DNA of 64,000 bases, taken from the NCBI GenBank assembly GCA_963808625.1, contig CAWEHK010000015.1, forward strand, positions 1 to 64,000, written 5' to 3'. Both the position numbers and the translations under genes were made by a program. The DNA comes from an uncultured delta proteobacterium (GTDB lineage Bacteria; Desulfobacterota; Syntrophobacteria; Syntrophobacterales; Syntrophobacteraceae). Below, one piece after another: positions 51,558 through 61,374 of this stretch (positions within the stretch are counted from its first letter, which is position 1; each line of letters opens with the position of its first letter). The notes beneath the pieces were generated by a model, which saw only the letters and a list, made by a program, of their open reading frames with translations, did no database searches and was not told where the DNA came from.

Positions 51558-53126
51558 TTACTGATCGTCGATAGTCGTTAGGGAATCAGCCACGGCCAAT
51601 CCCCCACAAACCCTGGCATGCGACTTGATCGTGGAATCCTTTTCCCGACTCCTCAGGGGGACAGATTGAAACATCGATGGGGCTGAGGAGCTGAAACCAA
51701 GGTTCTCCGTTATGCTCCGGCTCAGCCCAAGAGCGTTCTGTTTGTCACCATGCACCACATAGACGTGTTTCGTTTTGGAAAAATGCGAGAGCCATTCCAA
51801 TATTTGGCAGCCATCGGCATGCGACGAGAACATGCTGAATGTCTTTACTTTCATTTTCACGGGCCTCTCCACGTACCTGACCGTTTTCCTTCCGCCAATG
51901 TACTCCTCGATGGGAATACGGACCATTTTCGCGCCTTCCTGAAGCTTCCCACCCAGACTGCCGGGGGCTTGCCAACCAACGATCGCAAGGAGATTCTTCG
52001 GGTCCTCAATCATGCGCTCCAAATGCTTGGGCGCGTTGCCATGATCGAGCATTCCACTGGCCGATAGATAGATGGAGGGAGTGTGGCTGTCATGAGTTTG
52101 TAGTGATTTAGCGCTTGAGGTTTCCGAGATACCGGGGAATGACAACGGGTCACCGTGCAACGAGAGGTGCCCTAATGCTTCCCCATTGTAATACTTGGTA
52201 TAGCGCCTGTAGACCACGTTGATACTTTGGGCCGTGGCACTGTCAAGAAATACCCGGGTTTCTTTTGGGATTACTCCATCTCGCTTCAATTGTCCGATTA
52301 TATAGAGCAATTTTTGCGTCTTCTCCAGGACAAATGCCGGGATGAGAACGCTGCCGCCCTGACTGAGAGTATCTCGAACCGCTTTGCCAAATTCGACGAA
52401 ATTCATTTCTCCGCGCCGGACAGTTCCATAGGTGGATTCCACAAGGATGTAATCGGCGCTGGTGATGACAGCGGGGTCTCGCAAGATGGGAGTGTTCCTG
52501 TTGCCGAAATCGCCGGTCGATACGAGTTTAATAGTTTCGCCCCCGTGCTTCACCCACAATTCAATCATGGCTGATCCCAACACATGTCCAGCATCTCTGA
52601 AAACTACAGACACATCGGGCGACAAGTTCACCATCTGATCGTACGAGACAGTCATAAACTGGTTCATGGCTTGAGCATAGTCGTCCCAGTCGTATACTGA
52701 CATTCCATGCTCTTTGGCGATGTTCATGGTCATTTCAAGCATGATCGCCAGGAGACTCTTGGTCGCATCGGTCCCAACGACTTTGCCTTTGAACCCTTTC
52801 TTGTAAAGGAGGGGAATCCGCCCCGAATGGTCGATATGAGCATGGGTCAACAAAACGTAGTCGATGGTCGAAGGATCGAAATCAGTTTCCCGGTTATTTT
52901 CCTGATTTTCCGACCCATAGAAAAGGCCAAAATCGATAATGAGGCGAGTACTACCGGTGTCGACCAAATAGCAGGACCCTCCCACCATTTGTGCAGCTCC
53001 CAGGAACTGAAGATAAGGAGGATCAACTTTTGCGTAAGATTCTGGGGCAAGAAGAAAGATGAGGATCAACGCCGAATAGACTAATCGGAGTCTCGGTGCG
53101 CCATTCTTGATTGTCATGAATTTCAT
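51558..53126 (-). CDS. Second MBL-fold beta-CASP nuclease, with an N-terminal signal-peptide-like extension
   Basis: RLRLVYSALILIFLLAPESYA, then LQFLGAAQMVGGSCY, LTHAHIDHSG, AGHVLGS, ESTYG, FSSHAD, VHGD. Confidence 0.9.
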   Translation of the reverse strand: MKFMTIKNGAPRLRLVYSALILIFLLAPESYAKVDPPYLQFLGAAQMVGGSCYLVDTGSTRLIIDFGLFYGSENQENNRETDFDPSTIDYVLLTHAHIDHSGRIPLLYKKGFKGKVVGTDATKSLLAIMLEMTMNIAKEHGMSVYDWDDYAQAMNQFMTVSYDQMVNLSPDVSVVFRDAGHVLGSAMIELWVKHGGETIKLVSTGDFGNRNTPILRDPAVITSADYILVESTYGTVRRGEMNFVEFGKAVRDTLSQGGSVLIPAFVLEKTQKLLYIIGQLKRDGVIPKETRVFLDSATAQSINVVYRRYTKYYNGEALGHLSLHGDPLSFPGISETSSAKSLQTHDSHTPSIYLSASGMLDHGNAPKHLERMIEDPKNLLAIVGWQAPGSLGGKLQEGAKMVRIPIEEYIGGRKTVRYVERPVKMKVKTFSMFSSHADGCQILEWLSHFSKTKHVYVVHGDKQNALGLSRSITENLGFSSSAPSMFQSVPLRSREKDSTIKSHARVCGGLAVADSLTTIDDQ

Positions 53127-53309
53127 CGAATCCAACTCAATTTTCTTTCTTTCGATACCGTAACAACAAAATGGCGCCAAAAACTCCTCCACCAAATCAT
53201 GGCGAACCGCCAAAGCCCGCCGAAGAATAATGGTTAATAAAATATCCAGTAAGCAACGACGCTGGCGAACCAGGTCCACTATATTGAAATGTGAACCAAA
53301 TCACTAGAA

Positions 53310-55448
53310 CTACTGATATTTAGTGGCCAACGCTTGGAGCTTCCTTCTGAAGTTGCCAGGAAGCGCTTCGCCGCTCTTGCAGTTTGGGTTGAGCAGCATT
53401 TTGGCGAGCGCGGCTGCGATTGGGCCTTCTGCACCTAGCTCATCCAAGTCTTTTTCGAAAATGTCACGGTTAGCCAAGCCAAGTACCGCGTCGCCATCAT
53501 TGCACACAGCCGGCTCCAGTTCCAGGGCAAGCTTTTCAGCATACAAAGGAATCTCCAACTCTGTGAGGCAACATTTGTCAGGTTCTGGGGCGTAGCCACA
53601 TAATGGAAAAGGAAAATTTTGGTCGGAGTCTTTGCTGCAGAGCACATACCTAGCCACGCCTGCCCTTCCCAAATGGTCAGGCTGGGCAGTGGTCTCGTCC
53701 ATTCCACCAAAAATATGTTCCAGCAACTTTTTGTCGCTCACGTTCTTTTTGAGGTCTTCCTTCAAATTGTAAAGGTCCTCCTCGCACGACGGCCTATGAT
53801 CAACGTCTCGGAGGTCACAGCAACTCACTGTGGTGCGATCAAATTTGCCTTTGGAGATGCATGCTTTCTTAATGTTTGCACCCTGCAGATATGCCTCTCG
53901 CATATCCGTGCCCTAGAGTTTCGTCCCCGACAGGTTCGCCCCTTGGAGCTGAGCCCTCCAAAGATCTGCGAACTGTAATTCCGCAGAACGTAAGTCTGCA
54001 CCCTGCAACCGCGCCTGTCTCAATACTGCCCCCTGCAGATGAGTACGGTTTAGGTCCGCACCCTGGAGCTGTGCCTCCGTAAGCTGCGCCCCCTGGAGCT
54101 GTGCTGCATTCAAATTCGCACTCTGCAGCTGTGCCCGCGTCAAGATCGCCCCCTGCAATCTCGCTGCTCCCAGGTTTGCGGCCTGCAGCAGAGCCTGATG
54201 CAATATTGCCCCCTGCAGATGAGTACGATATAAGTCCGCACCCTGCAGCTGCGCAAGTGAGAAATCTACACCGTTAAGTTTTGCGTCGCGCAAAACGGCT
54301 TTAGGAAGAACGGCTTTGCTCAGATTTGCACAGCACAAGTCACGACCTTGGAGGTCCAGGCCGATTACACTCTTTAGCGCGTTCTCAACGGTTTTTGGAT
54401 CCTTGCTTCGGAGTGTCTCCATGACCTCCGCCGACGGCTCGCCAGCAACAAGGATCTTTCCCGATAGTTCGAGGCATCGGTGAAATGGTGCCCCATCCTT
54501 CTCAAAAAGCCAAACAGTGAGGGCCAAAGATACGTTGTCAGATATCGCTCTACGGCTTGGCGCTTCAGAGCACCAACTCGCTGGAACAACGCGCAGCACG
54601 AAGTCTTCCATGCGTTCGCCGGGCAGAACGGCAACGAAAAAGGAGAATACAAGAACGATTAGACTCGTCAGCGTCAACGCAAGTAGCCCATGAACAGGTT
54701 GCTCCCGTTCTTTGGAGGTGGTCGCTTCCGGTTGATGCTTTGTTTGTCCATCGAAGGATATCCGAATGATCCGGACCTTTGCCAGGAGGTCTTTCATCAG
54801 CAGGCTGGGCCTGGTAATTAACTCTAACCACCAGCGGCGTGCCCTGCCATCTGGCGTCACAATCATTGGCCAGAACAGCCACAGCAATGCTAGGTCCAGC
54901 CCGACGGCCGCACGCTGGAGCCATGTTAACATTTCATCATGATAAGGTAGAAAGCGAGCCTGCGCCCAAATCAGCAGAACGAGAGGAAGGAGAATTACCG
55001 TTACCCAGACAACAAGCGCCAGTAGGGATCGCATGAACCTCCCATAGCGGCAAACCAGCATCTGACTTAAGGGAAAGGAGAAAAGGCGCGTACGCTGTTC
55101 CTCTTGGTATTCCTGATCCGCAAGCCTAGAGATGGCCGCATTAAGCAGGTGAAGCTTCCGCGATAACAAATATAATTGCAGCAGCAAATTGAAGTGGAGC
55201 AACACATAAAGCCAGGGAACGATAATGTAAAAGCCTACAATCGGAAGACCTACATTGAGAATCGGCAAGGTGACCAGGCTCAACTTGAGCAGTTGCACGT
55301 CCCTCGTTGAGCCGATGATAACCGCAATGTATAACCCAACCGAAAGGAAGGTGAGGTACACCTTCTGGACGTGATCTGCCGCAGTGTCAACCGCTTCCCG
55401 CAGGCGATTCGTCCGCTCCCATTGTGTGTCTTGCTCCGTAATCCTCAC
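53310..55448 (-). CDS. Membrane-anchored pentapeptide-repeat protein interrupted by an in-frame TAG (53913-53915)
   Basis: N-terminal TM bundle and many A(D/N)LxxAxLQG repeats. ORFs 53913-55448 and 53310-53903 share a frame: TKL*GTDMREAYLQGANI. Confidence 0.85.
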
Positions 55449-55626
55449 GCCAGCCTCGTATCCCTACAGATCCTTTGTATAAGAAACAAAAAGCCCTCAG
55501 TGGTCCGTGGGTGAGAGCATGTTTGCCTGTTTGAGAATGGTGTAACTCAAAAACAAACTTGGCCCCGCAGGTTGACCGATTTCTTTGCCCAGATTATCAG
55601 AGATTCAAGCGCTTTTCATTACATGG

Positions 55627-56061
55627 CTAGTTTGCACCGAATGACCTGACCCAAAACGCTTGAACCTCATACCACTCCCCTGATCTGTCTTGAAGCTCCA
55701 GAGTTACGGGGCGAATGAGGTTCTTACGGATCAATAGGCCGATGGCCTCGTTCGCTTCCACATAATTGAAAACGCCCAAGAGGCCTTTTTGAATCTGCAA
55801 GGTGGTTTTTTTCTCGTTGCCAATGATCTTAAGGATCTCAACCGAAATAGATTCGATTCGCCGTTCGTGTTGGTAGACTCGATAAAGGAGGACTCCGGTA
55901 AAAAGAATTACCAAGAAGAGCACAGCTAAAAGTAGTTCGATCTTTTTATGGGGGTCACCCTTCTTGGGGCCAGCACGGAAGAAGACTCCGACTATGAGTC
56001 CGCCAAACGCGATTGAAAAACTGGCAATGGACAGCAATGTCTCCAATGAGATACTCATCAT
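55627..56061 (-). CDS. Hypothetical two-TM protein
   Basis: Two hydrophobic segments and a small C-terminal domain; co-oriented with its neighbours. Confidence 0.65.
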   Translation of the reverse strand: MMSISLETLLSIASFSIAFGGLIVGVFFRAGPKKGDPHKKIELLLAVLFLVILFTGVLLYRVYQHERRIESISVEILKIIGNEKKTTLQIQKGLLGVFNYVEANEAIGLLIRKNLIRPVTLELQDRSGEWYEVQAFWVRSFGAN

Positions 56062-56078
56062 CCTTCACATTCCAGTGT

Positions 56079-56507
56079 CTAAAAACCAACGCGTTCAGCC
56101 CCCAGCAGCGTTGCGGGCCCATTGTCACCCCCGAGTGGGTATTTCCCCCAAGGATTAGGTCCACCGTGAACTGATATTTGGACAACACGGCGGTGATCTT
56201 CTTTGAGGGTTACCTGCACGATTCTACTAGGTGGGACAAGAACTCTACTCCCTTCAATCCCTGCTGGGTCGTCTGGAGAGTCTCCTTTCGACAACAATCT
56301 GACAACGATATTCTCAGCAGCGCCACCAATTGTGAGCTTGAGCTTATCGCCCTGTTTGAAGTCAGTCGGCTTCTCCAGATCAATCCAGCCAGATCCCCAT
56401 CGTGATGAAGCTCCCACGGCACCTGTGAGGGGTTCAGAGTATGCCACTTGCAGACCCATCAAAACCACTCCAAAGAACAAAATAACTGTTGCCAGAAGAC
56501 GTTTCAT
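56079..56507 (-). CDS. Hypothetical exported protein
   Basis: AAGGAGG RBS; signal peptide MKRLLATVILFFGVVLMGLQVAYS; Gly-rich beta-type body. Confidence 0.75.
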   Translation of the reverse strand: MKRLLATVILFFGVVLMGLQVAYSEPLTGAVGASSRWGSGWIDLEKPTDFKQGDKLKLTIGGAAENIVVRLLSKGDSPDDPAGIEGSRVLVPPSRIVQVTLKEDHRRVVQISVHGGPNPWGKYPLGGDNGPATLLGAERVGF

Positions 56508-56754
56508 TTCAAATCCTCCTTGATTCTAAGGGTACCTGTAAGCACTGATTCTAGTCGCACCAGACTGCCTGCGACTCTGCGGCCAACCGATTCGCCGCGA
56601 TGGTAAAATCTTGCACCAAAAATATGATGCCACAAGATTGCCAGTTTCTGCAAATGTGAACTTTGACACACTTGAGCCTCCTACAAAAGTGTTCATGAGT
56701 ATACAGTCAAAAGTGTCCGCCAGGTTCTGATATGACGATTTTCGCAGCAGCCCA

Positions 56755-57840
56755 TTAGGCCTTCGCGGTCGCTACGGTCTCACCGATCCCTGTGGCCATT
56801 TGATTCAATGCGGATCGGATAGCGCGCTGCAAAACCTCCCCAGTCGCCATGTCGGTAGCCGATAACCGATTCATGGCGCAGATCGTACGGTAGTTCGGGG
56901 AGCATCTGGTCGCCTGCTGCAAACTCGCAAAGGAGGATCACCTGCTTGCCTTGTGCGTGCGAAAGTCCCAGTTCATACATCACATTGGCATTGTTACCGG
57001 TGATAACGGCAAGACCACACGTTGAGGTCCGGATCGCTCCATACAGTGCGCTGACCACATCACCCACCAGGTCGAGCTGATCGATCCTGACCGGCAAGAA
57101 GCCACAGGTTTCGATCTCGGGCTTGATTGCCTGGCAATAAAGGGGAAGGAATTCGGGACCAAATGGCATCATGACGAAGCACTTTCTTTTGAGCTGGTGG
57201 AGCAGGTGTTGCCTGACAGCGCGGGAGAGTGCGGCGATTTGTTCCCCGGCAAGATCCCTCAATGACAATGCCTCCCAAGCCAGCGCTGTTTCTGGATCAA
57301 TCTCGAACCACTCACAAATGATCGCCTTGTTTTCATGCCAGCGAACACCAGCCACGCCGCCTGTGAACGGCAGGGGCAGGATTGGCTTTTCCAGTGCCAA
57401 AGCTAGGTCTATAACTTCTCTGGTTCCTTTAGCACCCTCAATCGCAACCATCACATCTACGGAGCCCACAAGTTTAAAGCGGCGTGACTGAAGGCTGCGG
57501 CCGTAAAGATGGGTGACGATGCCTTCCTTGAATCGCACAATGTTTGAGGAGTCCTTCTCCGGGTCCGCCAACAGGGTTTCAATGTGGTTTTCCATCGCGT
57601 CTCCGCGTGCCTTCAACGACGCGCAAGCCCCTTTCACAAAAGACCAGTCGCCGGATGGACTCCCAGCGTCGTGAACAAAGCCCTTGAAGCCTCCGGTTAC
57701 CAGCATCAGGCCCTCTTCGAGCGCCAGTTGTGCCCCGAGACTCTCGGCAAAGAGGGCATTCTCAGGCCGAATACGGGTCCCTCCACATAATCCTATCCGT
57801 CGGCGCCGAACTGCCGAAGAAAAGTTTCATCCGAATCCAT
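56755..57840 (-). CDS. SLOG domain fused to a nucleoside 2-deoxyribosyltransferase/TIR-like domain; probable indels at both ends
   Basis: The frame continues upstream of the called start as RIGLCGG...AESLGAQLALEEGLMLVTGG; RRFKLVGSVDVMVAIEGAKGT...KPILPLPFTGG; C-terminal KCFVMMPF...GNNANVMYELGLSHAQGKQVILL...LPYDL. Confidence 0.8.
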
Positions 57841-58365
57841 GATATTCGTCCACCTCTCGCTGCTGTTGCCTTGCAGGAATTGGCCATCGTTCCTGGAAAT
57901 CCCATCTTGCATCTTGGTAGGGATTCAGCATTCAAAGAACTCCGTTATCAACTGGTCGTCCACATTGACAGGAATTCGGCTGGAGTTGTTGCTGATAAGG
58001 CCAGCGAAGGGCCTTTCCTCCATATCTTCAAGTGCTGGCGCGATGCGTGAAGCTCGTCCAGAGTTCCCCTGTAACCTGCATGTGCGTCAGATTCCAATCG
58101 GCATGCCAGATTTCCGCTATAATTACCTCCTTATACATGATTTTATGGTCTTCTGTGAAGGGTTCGAAAATGTTTATTGCTTGGGAGAGGACATGTCTGA
58201 ATGTCCGAATAGTTGTCAGAAAATCTGTTGCCAGAAAACCGTGGCCAAATGTTCTCACCCCATGAGGCATGTGTTATGTTAGAAACCTTTCTTTGCCTGA
58301 CTTGTCAAGCAAATCGAGGGGAGAAAGGTAAGCTCCATGGAATATCACCTTGGGTGTTTTGAGGA

Positions 58366-58967
58366 ATGAAGGTCCTTGCTGTTTACGGAAGTCCGCGCCG
58401 CCGGGGCAACACCTCCCTGCTGCTGAAGAAGGCTGTGGAGGGGGCCAGTGAGGCTGGGGCGGAGGTCGAAGAGATCGTCCTTCGCGATCTCAAAATGGTC
58501 CCTTGCCTGGAGATTTATGGCTGCAAGAAAGCCGGCCGGTGCGTCATCCAGGACGACTTTCAGCGGGTCTACGATCAGTTGCTGGCATGCCGGGGACTGA
58601 TGCTGGCGTCGCCGATTTTTTTCTACGCGGTGAGCGCTCATACCAAGGTCCTCATGGACCGGTGCCAGTCCCTGTGGGTAAAGAAGTACTGGATCGACAA
58701 GGTCCCCTTCGGTCAAGGGGAAATCAAGCGCAAGGGCCTGTTTATTTCCGCCGGGGCCACCAGCGGGAAGAGCTCTTTGACGGGGCACTCCTCAGCGTGC
58801 GCTATTTCTTTGATGTCCTCGATATGGAAGTCTGGCGAACCTTGCTTCATCGCGGCCTGGACCACGAAGGGGACGTCCTGCAGCACCCCGAGTATCTCGA
58901 AGAAGCTTATCGAGCGGGGAAGGAACTAGTGATCAGTGGTCAGTGGTCAGTGGACAGTGAACAGTAA
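58366..58967 (+). CDS. Flavodoxin-like iron-sulfur flavoprotein / NADPH-dependent FMN reductase family, frameshift near 58770
   Basis: GSPRRRGNT, PCLEIYGC...CVIQDD, ASPIFF; C-terminus LFDGALLSVRYFFD lies in the second frame. Confidence 0.88.
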
Positions 58968-59298
58968 TGAGTGATGAGTGGACAGTAGAAAGTGATGTCT
59001 ACGGTGTATCTCTATTTTTGGAGTTCGTGGTAAGTTGTTTGATCATGAGGGGCAGACGCGTAGGTTGGGTTTCGTTCCGTTGCGAAACACGCATATAATT
59101 GTGGAGGTCCCGGAGGAACGAAACCCAACAAAAGCCGACCAACGGAAGCGGAATGTTGGATTTCGTTCCTGATCGGTCAAGGCATCGGGAAACGCAATCA
59201 TGGTGAGGAAAGAAACCCAACCTACGAAGCGCCTGGATCTTATCACTCATCACTCATCACTCACCACTGACTACTGACCACTGATCACTGATCACTGT
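58928..59298. repeat. Nested palindromic element: inverted heptamer arrays enclosing a GTAG-type REP doublet (59059-59226)
   Basis: CAGTGGT/GAGTGAT units on the left, TCACTCA/CTGACCA units on the right; inner CGTAGGTTGGGTTTC...GAAACCCAACCTACG. Confidence 0.8.
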
Positions 59299-59299
59299 C

Positions 59300-61079
59300 A
59301 TGGAGGTAAGAAAAGATTCTTCAGAACAGCTCCTGGCGCGCAGTCGACCTCATTCGTCCCTATTTCAGGCGCTATGCCTTGCGGGTGTCGGCGGGTTTTT
59401 TCGCCCTTATGGCGGTGGATTTCCTGCAGCTCGTTATCCCGCGCGTGATCAAGACCGCAGTCGATGCGCTGCAGTTGGGATCAGCTACGCCGCGCAGCCT
59501 GCTGATATCCGGGGCATACATTATCCTTTTGGCCCTGGCCATCGCGGTTCTGCGCTTCTTTTGGCGCAATTTGCTTCTAGGCTTTTCCCGGTCTTTGGAG
59601 ACCGATCTTCGAGGCCGTCTCTTCGCTCACGTTTTGACCCTCGACCGGGCCTTTTTCCAGCGGCGCACGGTCGGGGAAATCATGGCCCTGGCCACCAATG
59701 ACCTGTCATCGGTCCAACTGGCGAGCGGTATGGGCCTGGTGGCTTTTGTGGATGCCGCCTTCATGGGCGTGGCGGCCATCGCCTTCATGGCTTATATCAA
59801 TCCCGGATTGACGGCCATCGCCATCGCTCCCATGCCGCTCCTTGCCATCCTGACCCGCTATCTGTCCGCACGTCTGCACCGGCATTTCAAGAAAGTTCAA
59901 GAACAGTTTTCCTCGCTGACGGAGTTCGCCCGTTCGACGTTTTCCGGGATGAGGCTGATCAAGGCTTACAACCAGGAAAAACTCCAGAGTGAGCGCTTCG
60001 AACGCATGGGCAGGACCTACGTGCGCGACAATCTCCGACTTTCCTTTGTCTACGGCACCCTCTTTCCGGTTTCCGGATTCATTGGCAGTGCCAGTCTTCT
60101 CCTGGTCCTTATCTTTGGCGGCCGGATGGTGATCACGGGGGTGATCACGGCGGGTGATTTCGTCGCCTTCATCAACTATCTTCTGCTCATGACCTGGCCC
60201 ATGATGGCAATCGGTTGGGTGGCGGACCTGTTTCAGCGCGGGATGACGTCGCTGGGAAGAATCCAGGCCCTGTTTGATGAAAGGCCGAGCCTGCAAGACC
60301 CGGCCAGCCCGGTGCCGGCGCCTGCCTTGAAAGGAGGGATAGAGGTCCGCAACCTTGCCTTTACCTATCCCCAACAAACCCGGGCAGCGCTTCACGACCT
60401 CAACCTGGAAGTCCGCGAGGGCCAATTCCTCGGCATTGTCGGGAGGACCGGTTCGGGGAAGACTACCCTGTGCCATCTCCTGACCAGACTCTACCCGGTT
60501 GCGGACGGCACGATTTTCTTCGATGGTCGGGATGTGAACGGGCTGCCCCTTGCTGCGATAAGAGAAGCGATTGCCTATGTTCCCCAGGAGGTGATCCTCT
60601 TTTCGGACACCATCGCCTTCAACATCACCATGGGTAAACCGGAAGCGGCACAGGAGGAGATTGAAGCGGCGGCAAAAGCTGCTGCCATCCACGATGAGAT
60701 CATGGCGATGAAGGATGGGTATCAGACCCGGATTGGGGAGCGGGGCGTGAAGTTGTCGGGCGGCCAGCGACAGCGGGTGGCCATCGCCCGTGCCTTGCTG
60801 CTCGATCGGCCCATGATCATCATCGACGACGGCCTTTCCGCGGTGGACATGGAAACCGAGCATGCGATCATTCGCTCGATTGCCGGCTACCTCAAGGGCC
60901 ACACCTGCATCATCGTGTCCCATCGCATCGCCCCCCTCGCCGATGCCGACGAGATCCTGGTCATGGAACGCGGGCGCATTGTCGCTCGGGGGAATCACGA
61001 TGAGTTCCTTGAGGCGAGCCCCTTTTACGCGACCATTTATCGGCAGCAGAGTGTTGAAGGGTTGATGGTTGATGGTTGA
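59300..61079 (+). CDS. Heterodimeric ABC exporter subunit A (MdlA-like), probable frameshift near the start
   Basis: TM domain; GRTGSGKTT, GERGVKLSGGQRQR, degenerate Walker B IIDDGLSAVD. Confidence 0.92.
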
Positions 61080-61362
61080 GGGTTGATGGTTGAGGGTTGA
61101 TAGTTGATGGATGAAGGGTTGATAGTTGGTGGTGACAGATGATGGTTGATGGCTGGAGGGTTGATCGTTGATGGTAGAAGTGAGGAAACGGTTGGTTGTT
61201 AAGTAGCCGCGTCGTCGCACCGAGAGATTTGTTGATTCCCCAGAGATGTTCATCTTGAAGGTTCCCCCCCCCATCTCCCAAACATCTCCGCCATGAACCA
61301 TGTAACCATCACTACATCAACTATCAACCATCAACCATCAACCACAATCCCATCAACCATCA
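61060..61362. repeat. Inverted heptamer arrays (GATGGTT ... AACCATC) between the two ABC genes
   Basis: Left array 61060-61175; complementary right array 61300-61362. Confidence 0.85.
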
Positions 61363-61374
61363 CAAGGGTTCTTC

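Noticed and set aside
58028..58270. 80-aa ORF with an internal AAGGAGGT followed by ATA
   Set aside because: Possibly a decayed gene start, but no recognisable product.
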